The notes under the pieces: generated by a model | What the model saw: the letters and a program-made list of their open reading frames with translations, nothing else | Told to the model about the DNA's origin: nothing | Database searches by the model: none | Made by a program: the position numbers and the translations under genes | Assembly: GCA_023460855.1 (NCBI GenBank) | Contig: JAEWOS010000016.1 | Location: 78,900-142,899, forward strand | Source of the DNA: Bacteroidota bacterium | GTDB lineage: Bacteria > Bacteroidota > Bacteroidia > Flavobacteriales > Weeksellaceae | DNA length: 64,000 nucleotides | Direction: 5' to 3' | Shown: piece after piece, positions 19,732 through 28,956 of the stretch | How the letters are laid out: each line of letters begins with the position of its first letter | Numbering within the stretch: position 1 is the first letter of the stretch

Positions 19732-20307
19732 ATGAAATTGATTGTCTTTTTCTTAACCCTTTTTTCGTTTCAATTTCTGACCGCGCAACAGAATGAAATT
19801 GAGAGATTGCTTTTAATTGAAAATAAATATGAAGATTTTCTGCTGAATTATCAGAAAAAAGCAAAAGACTCGCTATCCTTTTTGCCCAAAACAGAAAGGG
19901 AAGTAATAATGTTCACGCAGGAGCAGGAAATTATCAAAAGACAGAAAAGAGAAGAAGATGAAATACTCGCTAAATTGAAATTGCTGGAAAGTACAATAAA
20001 AAGTAAAGATTTTGGACCATGTCCTAATCTGTCTACTAATACTCCATCCTTTGGTAAAAGAAAGAAAAAATTTAAGGCTACAGAAGATCCATTCGAAAAA
20101 TCTAATAAACAATCCAAAAGTACTTTAGTCACCTTTGTTATAGATGCTGAAGGAAATGTATCTCAAGTAAGTGCCGAAGGAGATAATGCAGAATTTAACA
20201 GAGAAATTGTGTTAACTATGTATAAAAATGGCAAGTTGCAGCCACATTGTAATAACGGCATTGCAAGAAAAACCCGCTTTAGCTTGCCTGTAAAATATAA
20301 ACCCTAA
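19732..20307 (+). CDS. secreted hypothetical protein with a K/E-rich middle region and a TonB-C-like C-terminal domain
   Basis: 191 aa. Signal peptide MKLIVFFLTLFSFQFLTAQQ. The C-terminus VTFVIDAEGNVSQVSAEGDNAEFNREIV...FSLPVKY resembles the TonB C-terminal fold. Markedly low G+C. Confidence 0.6.
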   Translation: MKLIVFFLTLFSFQFLTAQQNEIERLLLIENKYEDFLLNYQKKAKDSLSFLPKTEREVIMFTQEQEIIKRQKREEDEILAKLKLLESTIKSKDFGPCPNLSTNTPSFGKRKKKFKATEDPFEKSNKQSKSTLVTFVIDAEGNVSQVSAEGDNAEFNREIVLTMYKNGKLQPHCNNGIARKTRFSLPVKYKP

Positions 20308-20310
20308 TTT

Positions 20311-20736
20311 ATGACATCTAAAATAACCTATACAGGCGACCTACGCTGCGAGGCAGAACACCTGCAAAGCGGAACCATCATCTCCAGCGACGCGCCAACA
20401 GACAACCAGGGAAAAGGCGAAAAATTTTCACCGACTGATCTTTGCGCAACTTCCCTGGCAGAATGCGCCCTTACAACGATTGCAATTCTTGGAAAAGAAA
20501 AAGGTATAAACATCGACGGTGCGGTTTGTGAACTGCAGAAAATTATGCTCAGCAATCCACGGAGGATCGGAGAAATTGTGTGTTATTTCGATTTTCCGCA
20601 GGAATTCGGCGACAGCGAAAAAGAATTTATCGAGAGTACGGCACAGAATTGTCCGGTAGCATTAAGCCTGCATCCCGATGTGAAAAAGACCATGCGCTTC
20701 AAATATGGTGCTGCAGCGAGACCGCTTGCACAATAA
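20311..20736 (+). CDS. OsmC family peroxiredoxin-like protein
   Basis: 141 aa. The FSPTDLCATSLAECALTT and AQNCPV motifs are the two conserved OsmC/Ohr Cys regions. Confidence 0.85.
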   Translation: MTSKITYTGDLRCEAEHLQSGTIISSDAPTDNQGKGEKFSPTDLCATSLAECALTTIAILGKEKGINIDGAVCELQKIMLSNPRRIGEIVCYFDFPQEFGDSEKEFIESTAQNCPVALSLHPDVKKTMRFKYGAAARPLAQ

Positions 20737-20824
20737 TCGTTTTTGATTTCAACGTTGAATCATAAAAATATCCGTACACAACTCTTTAATTTGCAGAATA
20801 TCTGTGTGGTAACAAATTTTTTTG

Positions 20825-20832
20825 TATTTTTG
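20825..20832 (+). promoter_or_regulatory. candidate -7 promoter box (TATTTTTG) for rplU-rpmA
   Basis: TAnnTTTG match 44 nt upstream of ATG 20876. Confidence 0.35.
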
Positions 20833-20875
20833 CACACTCAAAAAAGTGTAATTAACTCATTTAAATTTATAAACA

Positions 20876-21538
20876 ATGTTTGCAATTGTAGAGATAGCAG
20901 GGCTTCAGTACAAAGTTGAGCAAGACCAGAAGTTGTTTGTAAACCGTCTGAAAGGAGACAAGGGAGGGAAAGTTTCTTTCGATAAAGTTCTTCTTACGGT
21001 AAACGGTTCTACAACTATCGGCGCCCCGGCTGTAAGCGGTATCACTGTTGATGCTGAAATTTTGGATCACGTGAAAGCGGATAAAGTAATCATCTTCAAA
21101 AAGAAAAGAAGAAAGGGTTATGAGAAAAAGAACGGTCACAGACAGTCTTTAACTCAGATCATGATTACCGGAATTACCGGCTTCGACGATACTAAGAAAT
21201 CAGCAAAGAAAGAAACTGCTAAAACGGAATCTACTGAAGCAAAAACTGTAAAAGCGGAACCAAAAGCAGAAAAGGCTGCTCCTAAAGCTGCTGCAAAAGC
21301 AGAAGAAAAGGAAGCAAACACTGCAACAGGAGATGCTGCAACAGTAAACTTCAGCGAAGATCACGAACTGAACTACCTTTTGAAGAAAAACGGTCTTTCT
21401 GAATCTATCGACAACAGAAAAGTTTTGGTAGAGCTTGGAAAAGAACTGAAAGAAAAAACAGGAGAAAGAGTTTTATCAAACGATGACTTTGATGCTTATA
21501 TCAAGGAAAACATCGAGAAATTAACTGCAAAAAAATAA
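20876..21538 (+). CDS. rplU: 50S ribosomal protein L21 with a long C-terminal extension
   Basis: The first ~100 aa, MFAIVEIAGLQYKV...KKRRKGYEKKNGHRQ, are canonical bL21. About 120 additional residues follow: a K/A/E-rich linker and a non-repetitive helical tail. Confidence 0.92.
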   Translation: MFAIVEIAGLQYKVEQDQKLFVNRLKGDKGGKVSFDKVLLTVNGSTTIGAPAVSGITVDAEILDHVKADKVIIFKKKRRKGYEKKNGHRQSLTQIMITGITGFDDTKKSAKKETAKTESTEAKTVKAEPKAEKAAPKAAAKAEEKEANTATGDAATVNFSEDHELNYLLKKNGLSESIDNRKVLVELGKELKEKTGERVLSNDDFDAYIKENIEKLTAKK

Positions 21539-21550
21539 TTCTGAAATAAA

Positions 21551-21808
21551 ATGGCACACAAAAAAGGGGTTGGTAGCTCCAAAAACGGTAGAGAATCTCA
21601 CTCTAAAAGATTGGGTGTAAAGATTTTCGGAGGACAGGAGGCTATTGCCGGTAACATCATCGTAAGACAGAGAGGAACTCAGCACCACCCGGGTGAAAAC
21701 GTGGGAATGGGAAAAGATCACACGCTGCACGCGCTTGTTGACGGTAAAGTAGTTTTCCGCAAGAAAGCAAACAACAGATCATTTGTATCTATTGAACCGA
21801 ATGCATAA
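21551..21808 (+). CDS. rpmA: 50S ribosomal protein L27
   Basis: 85 aa. [35 protein letters not shown] is canonical bL27. Confidence 0.97.
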   Translation: MAHKKGVGSSKNGRESHSKRLGVKIFGGQEAIAGNIIVRQRGTQHHPGENVGMGKDHTLHALVDGKVVFRKKANNRSFVSIEPNA

Positions 21809-21829
21809 TCAGAGCGTTCTATAATTTAT

Positions 21830-21860
21830 AATCCCGGACTTAGGTTCGGGATTTTTTTTT
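21830..21860 (+). terminator. rho-independent terminator of rplU-rpmA
   Basis: Stem AATCCCGGA/TTCGGGATT followed by a T9 run. Confidence 0.8.
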
Positions 21861-21885
21861 GCCGGTATTTTGTAATTCGCAATAC

Positions 21886-22155
21886 CTAGAACATGATAAA
21901 CAGCAAGAGCGCAGTAGTAAGAACATTCGCTATCCAGAGATATTTCTGAAAACGATCCGTTCCGCTCTGAAAGGTGTTCACAATACTGTACAGCACGGAA
22001 AGTACAGAAACAATAATCACCGGAATCGTCACCAGTTGCCACAAAACGCCGACAACCGGATGATCAAACTGTTCCGGTTGCAAATGCGCCAGCAACATAA
22101 ATGAAAGCCAGGCTGCGCATGCAAGACTGAGGTAAAAGACTATTTTAGTTAGCAT
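21886..22155 (-). CDS. small membrane protein, function unknown
   Basis: 89 aa with three hydrophobic helices. No competing ORF with a better signal. Confidence 0.5.
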   Translation of the reverse strand: MLTKIVFYLSLACAAWLSFMLLAHLQPEQFDHPVVGVLWQLVTIPVIIVSVLSVLYSIVNTFQSGTDRFQKYLWIANVLTTALLLFIMF

Positions 22156-22217
22156 TTGCCCATTTTATTATTCAAATGTATTGCTTTTCTTTCCAATGAA
22201 AACTTTCTTTACTGCCT

Positions 22218-22241
22218 AAAAAAGGGCTGCATTTGCAACCC
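22218..22241 (-). terminator. rho-independent terminator of the T9SS cargo gene
   Basis: Minus-strand hairpin GGGTTGCA/TGCAGCCC (one mismatch) followed by a T6 run. Confidence 0.55.
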
Positions 22242-22283
22242 TTCTTAAAATACTTACTGTGGAATATCTTTTAGATACATCCA

Positions 22284-24740
22284 CTACTTCTTTATCACCT
22301 TCTTAACTGAAACACCGTCTTTGGTGAAAATACGGATCATGTAAAGTCCACTTTTCAGTGCAGCAATATCAATTTGGTTCTCTTTTACTCCGAAAGATGC
22401 AACCTTTCGTCCGGCCCCGTCAAAAATTTCTGCTTTCGTCACTTTTTGATCAGTGCGGAAATAGAGGATATCTTTTACCGGATTCGGGTAAATTACAATG
22501 TCGCTGCCATTCTGAACGGTTTCAACGGTTGAAAGTGCATTCTGAACGGTTGTAGTAAATGTATTTGTAATAATCGGTGCATTGTAATCGAAATAGATAT
22601 TTGCAGTATTGCTGAATGTATCTCCAAGAGCCAGTGTAGCAACGGTTTTAATCTTAAACATTACATATCCGTCATTCGTTGCATTAGCAAACGGCAGCTG
22701 TATATTTTCGAAAATAAATTCCACGATATTCGGCGACGTCACATTGGTCACAAAATTATGGCTCGCATCCATCACAATAAGTGAATTGATATCGAATTTT
22801 GCAGTATCGATCACGTCTTTCACCACAATATTCTGCGCATTTGCCGTACCGTTATTTTCAAAACGGATCAGATAATGCACATAATCCCCGACTTTTGTCT
22901 GCGCGATTGTGGTTCCTTCCAGACAGGTTTTATCATTCGGGTCAAATGAATTCACTACTATTTCATTCAGTGCAAAAATATTATCTGCCGGTGTAACATC
23001 CGCGCCTGCGGCAACTGACACAGTGAAAGGAAGAATGTCACCTGCATTCAGCGGCGGTGTTGCTGTTGGAGTATTGAGCAGGAATGTTACGTAAACCTCA
23101 TCCAGTTCAAACGGCTGCAAACCGGTGAAATTCCAGGTGAGTACTCCTGTTGACTGTGAGTCCGGCGGAACCGTGGCGCTTGTAAAGTTCATCACATTGT
23201 CGTCGTAATTCAGCGTGAGCACACCAGATTGTGTCGTGTTACCTTTATTTTTAAAAACCACTTTATAATTAGCGCTATATCCCGGAACCGCATCATTCAG
23301 CGGGAAAATCACTGCCTCCAGATCATTATGGCTTCCGTTTGCTGTAAGACAAAAATTCTGAGCTAGTGGACTCGTTTGCGTCGGGAAATCAACCGTTAAA
23401 GCAGCCGGAGTTACATTGAAATAGGACGGATTCTCCAGCATCGGTGTAATTGTATGTGTTCCGGACATCAGATGAACAGCATAATTTCCGCTTAAATTCC
23501 CGTTTACCATAGAAGTTGCAGTTCCGCTTGTAATATTGAATTTTTGCAGTGCAATGAAAGGATCTGTGGTTTCGCAACCGTTGCTGTTGATATCGAATTT
23601 CGTGTTACCAGTAACTGTATAATAAGTTCCTCCTGGCGTGAAGGTACAATAGGAATTTACCACGGTGTTTGTAAGACCCTGCGAAATGTTTGTTGCAACA
23701 AGGGCAGCAATTTCCGCATCATCCGCACAGATATAGGCGAGATTAGGATTCCAGTCATAATATATTTCATCTACCACCCCATTTTTTATGATAAGCGTCT
23801 GCAGATTATTGTTGCTGGCCATAATAAACACCAGATTTGGATTGGTGTGTAGATCAAGCAGCGTCAGGTCATTATCATTAATCCAAATTTCGCTGAGCAA
23901 AGGATTGTTTGAAACATCAATAGTTGTAAGCAGATTCTGGTCGATCTTGAAATCCTGCAGATTTGGTGTTGTTGTAAGATTAATTGAGGGTAAGAAATTC
24001 TGATTCAGTTCCAGCAGGTACAACTCCGGCGTGTTTTGAACATTCACTGTAGTAAGACCGTTACTCTGGCAATTTAGGTATTCCAGTTGCGCAAGACCGG
24101 ATGCATTTAGTGTCGTGAGAGAATTTCCTCCTAAATTCACATATTTTAAGCCCGGAAACTGCTGCAGATTTATTGAGGCCAGATTATTATTACTGAGATC
24201 CAGTTCTTCGAGCGCCGATGTCCCGGTAAAATTTACAGAGCTTATATTATTTCCGTAAGCGTACAGTTTCTTAAGCAAAGGCAGGCCGGACAAATTCAGC
24301 GCAGGAATATTTCCCTGACTGAACGAAAGATCTTCGAGTGCAACACAACCTGTAACATTCAGCGTCGTAATAAATGCGTTATCAAAAGCTGTTAGTTTTT
24401 TCAAAGCAGTCATGTTACTCACATCAATCGCATCGATCCAGTCAAGGCTTTCCATATAGAGTGTATCTACAGCTGCAAAACTCTTGATACCTACTACGGA
24501 GGTAACCATTCCATTTCCGGGAACACGAAGATATTTGATCTGAAGTGCTTCAGAATTCTGAATTTCGCCGTCGCTGTTGCTGTCAATTTTCACCCAGTTT
24601 CCGGCTGCATTTTTGGCAATAGTATCGGCAGGCGTTGCATTTACCAGGATATTCTTAAACTGAACATCGGTAAAACTCACGTTTTGAGCCATGGTAAACA
24701 TGGCGATAAAAAACGCGACGAAAGAATATAATTTACTCAT
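22284..24740 (-). CDS. T9SS-sorted surface protein with a leucine-rich-repeat array
   Basis: Start taken at ATG 24740 (MSKLYSFVAFFIAMFTMAQN signal); the track begins at TTG 24746. About 12 tandem 22-aa LRRs (LxxLxLxxNxLtxixv). A mid region with a DPNDKTC motif. The C-terminus IVIYPNPVKDILYF...GLYMIRIFTKDG is a type A T9SS CTD. Confidence 0.88.
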   Translation of the reverse strand: MSKLYSFVAFFIAMFTMAQNVSFTDVQFKNILVNATPADTIAKNAAGNWVKIDSNSDGEIQNSEALQIKYLRVPGNGMVTSVVGIKSFAAVDTLYMESLDWIDAIDVSNMTALKKLTAFDNAFITTLNVTGCVALEDLSFSQGNIPALNLSGLPLLKKLYAYGNNISSVNFTGTSALEELDLSNNNLASINLQQFPGLKYVNLGGNSLTTLNASGLAQLEYLNCQSNGLTTVNVQNTPELYLLELNQNFLPSINLTTTPNLQDFKIDQNLLTTIDVSNNPLLSEIWINDNDLTLLDLHTNPNLVFIMASNNNLQTLIIKNGVVDEIYYDWNPNLAYICADDAEIAALVATNISQGLTNTVVNSYCTFTPGGTYYTVTGNTKFDINSNGCETTDPFIALQKFNITSGTATSMVNGNLSGNYAVHLMSGTHTITPMLENPSYFNVTPAALTVDFPTQTSPLAQNFCLTANGSHNDLEAVIFPLNDAVPGYSANYKVVFKNKGNTTQSGVLTLNYDDNVMNFTSATVPPDSQSTGVLTWNFTGLQPFELDEVYVTFLLNTPTATPPLNAGDILPFTVSVAAGADVTPADNIFALNEIVVNSFDPNDKTCLEGTTIAQTKVGDYVHYLIRFENNGTANAQNIVVKDVIDTAKFDINSLIVMDASHNFVTNVTSPNIVEFIFENIQLPFANATNDGYVMFKIKTVATLALGDTFSNTANIYFDYNAPIITNTFTTTVQNALSTVETVQNGSDIVIYPNPVKDILYFRTDQKVTKAEIFDGAGRKVASFGVKENQIDIAALKSGLYMIRIFTKDGVSVKKVIKK

Positions 24741-24901
24741 ATACAATCTTTTATTAAGACAGCAAATGTAAACAAATATTGTTCTGTTTTACATAAAAAA
24801 AGATAAAATGTAATACCTGCGGGAAATACTGATCTGGCGCAGAAAAATTGGAATAAATATTATTTTCCTGGAGAAAACAAAGGCGAAAATGCAGCAAAAA
24901 A

Positions 24902-27208
24902 TTAGTAGAAAAACTGAAAACCGGCTTTCACACCGAATCGGGTTGCATTGGGGTTATCGAGATAATTTCCTCTCCAGTTGAAATCAACCCTGAAAATCCT
25001 CAGGTTTCCAATGCCAATATTCTCAATTCCAAAGCCGTATTCGTAGTAGATATTTCGACTTGGCGCACTGTATTTCCAGCCTTCTACATTAATCGCTTTG
25101 CTTGCTTCGCTTAGCGTTCCGTATGCGCCGCGAATGAAAGCCACTTCCCTGAGTTTCAGTTTTTTGATCAGCGGAATAAACGATAATATTTTTCCGTTGA
25201 AATGATGTTCCAGATGACCGGTAACATACTGATCTGTAACGAATTCGTAATAATTCAGCTGCGAGAAAGTGTTCGGCACCAGACTGTACGACTGGTTTCC
25301 GGGAATAATATTCTGTAAAGCAAGCGGCAGCGGATCAAAATTTTTGCCGGCCTCCAGATTGATGAACGATTTACCCCAGCTTCCGATCAGCATGGGTTTG
25401 TAAAACAGGAACTGAAGTTTGTCGTAGCCGTAATCTGCATTGAAAAGGTTTTCAATTCCGCGTGTATATTTCATGACAATTGTCGGAGCTAACGTTGGAT
25501 GCTCATAACGGTCCACGCCGGTCTGCGAAAATTTTGCGCCGGGTCTTGCAATTAAACTCAGCGTTAAATGGGAATCATTAACTGTTTTACGCAGGTTTCC
25601 GGCTTTATCGTGATAATACAGGTTGAACAGGTGTTCGTCGGCAGAACGGATGCTTTGAAGCGTTCCGTCCACGCGCACTGTAAAGTTTTTTATGGGATCA
25701 ATAGAACCGAAAACATTGGTCTGGTTTACGGAACTTAATGAGGCGTTTTCTCCACGGCCAAAAACGGCTGATGAAGCAAACGTCCGCGACATAATTCCAT
25801 CATCATTGGTCAGTTGAACACCAAGCTGCAAAATATCGCGTCTCGTACCCGCGCCCAGCGTAAATCTGTTTACTTTGTTGAACATGTATTTCGCTTCCGC
25901 TCCGTATTTAAATTTATCATCCTTAAAACCATAAGCCGTATATCCCTGAATTCTCCAGACATCATTCTGCGAAAAATAGGTTCTCGCACCAAGCCTGATC
26001 CTGGAACCTTCCACTGCGTTATATCCGTAAACGGAGTAAATACTTCCTAAATCGATCGCATTTCCGACATTCCAGTAACCGGAATCAATTGTTTCATACA
26101 GTTTTACAATCCTTTGAAACCTTGGCGTTTCTTCCAGCTTATCGAGCATTTCATAGATCCCCTTTTCATTTGCCGTAAGCGAATCTGTTCTTGCTGCTTC
26201 CCAGTACGAATCATCTTTTGTGTAAAATTCTTCCGTCATCTCGCTTTCACGTTCCTGGAAATCGGCATCTGTAAGAGGCGGATTGAATTCGTAATCGGAA
26301 TAATTAACGGTCCGTATGGCAACCAGGCCTTTTGATTTCTTGCTTTTCGAGAAAATCGACATGTCAATAGAGGTAAGCGTTCTTTTCGGCAGAAATGTTT
26401 CTTCGTCGGGATTATCAAATTCCAGCTGTGTGAAGATTCCGTTTACAAAGTTGACATTCATCTTACGTGTAGACCTCAGCGTTGCCTGCACCACGGCGTA
26501 ATGATCGGTTGAAATATAAAGCGTACCCTGAAAAGCCAGCACATCGGATCTTTTCGGCTCATATCTGATTACAAATGACTCCTGATTATTTACCGTTACA
26601 GTATCCATCAGTTCATAATAATAAGTACTGAATCCGTCACTGGAAACCGGACTTTGAAAACCGATGTCGAAATAATTAATAGTATTGTCGTAGATATTAA
26701 TGTCGCGGTACAGGTTTTTCGCGGTAAGACTGACGATCTGGTTGTCCTGAAAGCCGGAAGTTTTCTGCGCAACCATCAGCCTTTTCTTCTTTTTCACCGG
26801 TTCGTTCTGTCCGGTTGTATTGTAGATTGCCTCATTCAGAAATATCGGAAGCATCATTTGTCCGTTGGCTGCAGAATCGGCATAATCAAAAACGAAATCG
26901 AGCTTGTTGAAGATTTTCCGCTCCATGAAAGCGCTGTCGATGTTGGCTACATCAAATTCAATTTTCTCATATTCTTTGAAGCGGTAGGTGTCGTATTTAT
27001 CGAGGCCGTTGTTTCGCTTGCGTTCCCACACTTTCTGCATGATATGGTATGCAGGGTTTTCCCTCTTATTTTTAAATTTCGGCTTGCCTTTTTTAATGAC
27101 CACCTCTTCAATACCGCTTTCACGTGGCTGTTCGATCTGAGCGTTCAGCATGGCAGCAAAAAAAAGAAGGAACAGAGGCAGTAAACGCGCCAACAACTGG
27201 TTTTTCAT
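24902..27208 (-). CDS. large outer-membrane-associated protein, DUF5686-like
   Basis: Start placed at ATG 27208 (MKNQLLARLLPLFLLFFAAMLNAQ signal). The longer track ORF runs into the tRNA terminator. The C-terminus GVKAGFQFFY is an OMP beta-signal. The family name is from memory. Confidence 0.65.
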   Translation of the reverse strand: MKNQLLARLLPLFLLFFAAMLNAQIEQPRESGIEEVVIKKGKPKFKNKRENPAYHIMQKVWERKRNNGLDKYDTYRFKEYEKIEFDVANIDSAFMERKIFNKLDFVFDYADSAANGQMMLPIFLNEAIYNTTGQNEPVKKKKRLMVAQKTSGFQDNQIVSLTAKNLYRDINIYDNTINYFDIGFQSPVSSDGFSTYYYELMDTVTVNNQESFVIRYEPKRSDVLAFQGTLYISTDHYAVVQATLRSTRKMNVNFVNGIFTQLEFDNPDEETFLPKRTLTSIDMSIFSKSKKSKGLVAIRTVNYSDYEFNPPLTDADFQERESEMTEEFYTKDDSYWEAARTDSLTANEKGIYEMLDKLEETPRFQRIVKLYETIDSGYWNVGNAIDLGSIYSVYGYNAVEGSRIRLGARTYFSQNDVWRIQGYTAYGFKDDKFKYGAEAKYMFNKVNRFTLGAGTRRDILQLGVQLTNDDGIMSRTFASSAVFGRGENASLSSVNQTNVFGSIDPIKNFTVRVDGTLQSIRSADEHLFNLYYHDKAGNLRKTVNDSHLTLSLIARPGAKFSQTGVDRYEHPTLAPTIVMKYTRGIENLFNADYGYDKLQFLFYKPMLIGSWGKSFINLEAGKNFDPLPLALQNIIPGNQSYSLVPNTFSQLNYYEFVTDQYVTGHLEHHFNGKILSFIPLIKKLKLREVAFIRGAYGTLSEASKAINVEGWKYSAPSRNIYYEYGFGIENIGIGNLRIFRVDFNWRGNYLDNPNATRFGVKAGFQFFY

Positions 27209-27280
27209 CAGATAAAATAAAAGCCGCAAAGCGACAAAAGGTTTTTTAACAATAATTGTGCTAAAAATTATGACCTCGAT

Positions 27281-27313
27281 AAAATAAAAAACCATCAACG
27301 TAATGTTGATGGT
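27281..27313 (-). terminator. rho-independent terminator of tRNA-Asn
   Basis: 9-bp stem ACCATCAAC/GTTGATGGT immediately 3' of the tRNA, followed on the minus strand by TTTTTATTTT. Confidence 0.75.
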
Positions 27314-27315
27314 TT

Positions 27316-27392
27316 TGGCGCCTTTTGCTGGGCTCGAACCAGCGACCCTCTGATTAACAGTCAGATGCTCTAACCAACTGAGCTAAAAAGGC
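27316..27392 (-). tRNA. tRNA-Asn (anticodon GTT), CCA encoded
   Basis: The reverse complement GCCTTTTTAGCTCAGTTGGTTAGAGCATCTGACTGTTAATCAGAGGGTCGCTGGTTCGAGCCCAGCAAAAGGCGCCA folds as a cloverleaf: 7-bp acceptor stem, D arm GCTC/GAGC, anticodon loop CU-GUU-AA, T arm GCTGG-TTCGAGC-CCAGC. Confidence 0.95.
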
Positions 27393-27417
27393 TTTTTGCT
27401 GTTTGTTTTAGCGTTTG

Positions 27418-27425
27418 CAAATATA
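27418..27425 (-). promoter_or_regulatory. candidate -7 promoter box (TATATTTG) for tRNA-Asn
   Basis: TAnnTTTG match on the minus strand about 25 nt upstream of the tRNA 5' end. Confidence 0.4.
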
Positions 27426-27467
27426 ATATCTATTTTAATTATGGGCAAATAATTTCGATGAAAAAAT

Positions 27468-28820
27468 TTAAAGTTTACCCGTAATCAGTTTAAAAATATC
27501 GTTACCGAAGATCAGCAGCATCAGGCCAAGAAGGAAAATAACCCCGATCATTTGCGCATGCTCTAATATTTTTTGCGGAACAGGCTTTCCGGTAATCATT
27601 TCCCACAGGGTAAACATTACGTGGCCACCATCAAGTCCGGGAATCGGAATCAGGTTCAGGAACGCCAGCCAAACGGAAAACATCGCCGTAAAACTCCAGA
27701 AAGCAGGCCAGTTTATCGAAAGATCTCCTTTTTCAGATTTCTGAACCGGCATCATTTTCACGATTGCAATCGGTCCGCCAACATTTTTATATCCCTGGAT
27801 TTTAGAATTAAATATAATTCTGAACTGCTTAATCTGCGTCGTCAAAGATTCTATCGTCCTGGTAAAACCTCTTGGAATTGCTTCGATCACGCTGTATTTC
27901 TTATTTGTTGCAATTCCCTGCAGCCCTCCAAGATCGAGTGCAATGCCAAGTTTGCCGTTCTGGTCCACAGCAACGTTCTGCAATTGCTGTTGCTGTCCGT
28001 TTCTGTCAACTGTTAATGTAATTCTCTGGTTTTTGGAACGATCGAGTTCCCCACTGAATTCATCGAAGAATTTTACAGGCTTTCCATTAACTGCCAAAAT
28101 CTTATCGCCTTTCTGAAGACCTGAAGACTGTGAAGCTGGTGTGGCAAGACTGTCAACAATCACGGGATAACGCGGCATCAGATAAAGTTTCGCTTCCCGC
28201 TGTCTGATTACTTCGCCCACGCCTTCTTCCTGAACCGGAAAAGTAATTTCCTGACCGTTTCTGAGAACTGTAACATCATTGCTGAAAAGAATGTCTAGTG
28301 ATGCATTTTCAAGACGTTCCGCTTTCTTGCCGTCAACCGCTAAAATTTTGTCTCCGTTCTGAAAGCCCATTTTTCTACCGGCTTCCGAAACTCCCACTCC
28401 ATTCTGGAATTTATTCAGGTCGGTATAATTCTCTCCGTTGAAATAACTTAAACATGAATAAATGAACCATGCAAGAAAGAAATTCACTGTAACTCCGCCA
28501 AGCATGATGATCAGTCTCTGCCACGCCGGTTTGCTGCGGAATTCCCATGGTTGCGGTGGCGTTTTAAGCTGTTCGGTGTCCATACTTTCGTCCACCATTC
28601 CGGCAATTTTTACGTAACCACCAAAAGGAAGCCAGCCGATTCCGTATTCAGTACCGCCAATTTTTTTCTTTACCAGCGAAAACCACGGATCGAAAAAAAG
28701 ATAAAATTTCTCCACTTTTGTTTTAAACCATTTCGCCGGAAGAAAGTGTCCCAGCTCATGCAGCACAACGAGAATGGATATACTTAAGATAAATTGAAAT
28801 ATTTGTAATGCCAGTTCCAT
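27468..28820 (-). CDS. rseP: RIP metalloprotease RseP (site-2 protease, M50)
   Basis: Start placed at ATG 28820 (MELALQIFQFILSISILVVLHELGHF, containing the HExxH motif). Two PDZ-like regions. C-terminal NLIPIPGLDGGH motif. Confidence 0.9.
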   Translation of the reverse strand: MELALQIFQFILSISILVVLHELGHFLPAKWFKTKVEKFYLFFDPWFSLVKKKIGGTEYGIGWLPFGGYVKIAGMVDESMDTEQLKTPPQPWEFRSKPAWQRLIIMLGGVTVNFFLAWFIYSCLSYFNGENYTDLNKFQNGVGVSEAGRKMGFQNGDKILAVDGKKAERLENASLDILFSNDVTVLRNGQEITFPVQEEGVGEVIRQREAKLYLMPRYPVIVDSLATPASQSSGLQKGDKILAVNGKPVKFFDEFSGELDRSKNQRITLTVDRNGQQQQLQNVAVDQNGKLGIALDLGGLQGIATNKKYSVIEAIPRGFTRTIESLTTQIKQFRIIFNSKIQGYKNVGGPIAIVKMMPVQKSEKGDLSINWPAFWSFTAMFSVWLAFLNLIPIPGLDGGHVMFTLWEMITGKPVPQKILEHAQMIGVIFLLGLMLLIFGNDIFKLITGKL

Positions 28821-28956
28821 TAATAATTTTTTGGTTCGCAAAGGTACTAATTATTAAAGGTGTGCCAAACAAGCTTTTAGCTATTGTTGGCAGGAAAAAC
28901 CGGCACTTCTGCCTGTAGTCCGTTTTTTTATTGTTATTTTTAGGAAAATTTCATCA

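Noticed and set aside
20737-20875. Possible L21 leader or autoregulatory RNA upstream of rplU
   Set aside because: Only a 5-bp hairpin (ACACT/AGTGT) follows the candidate promoter. That is too little structure to claim a leader element.
27209-27298. 30-codon N-terminal extension of the DUF5686-like ORF
   Set aside because: The extension overlaps the hairpin and T-tract that terminate tRNA-Asn. A canonical signal peptide starts at Met 27208.
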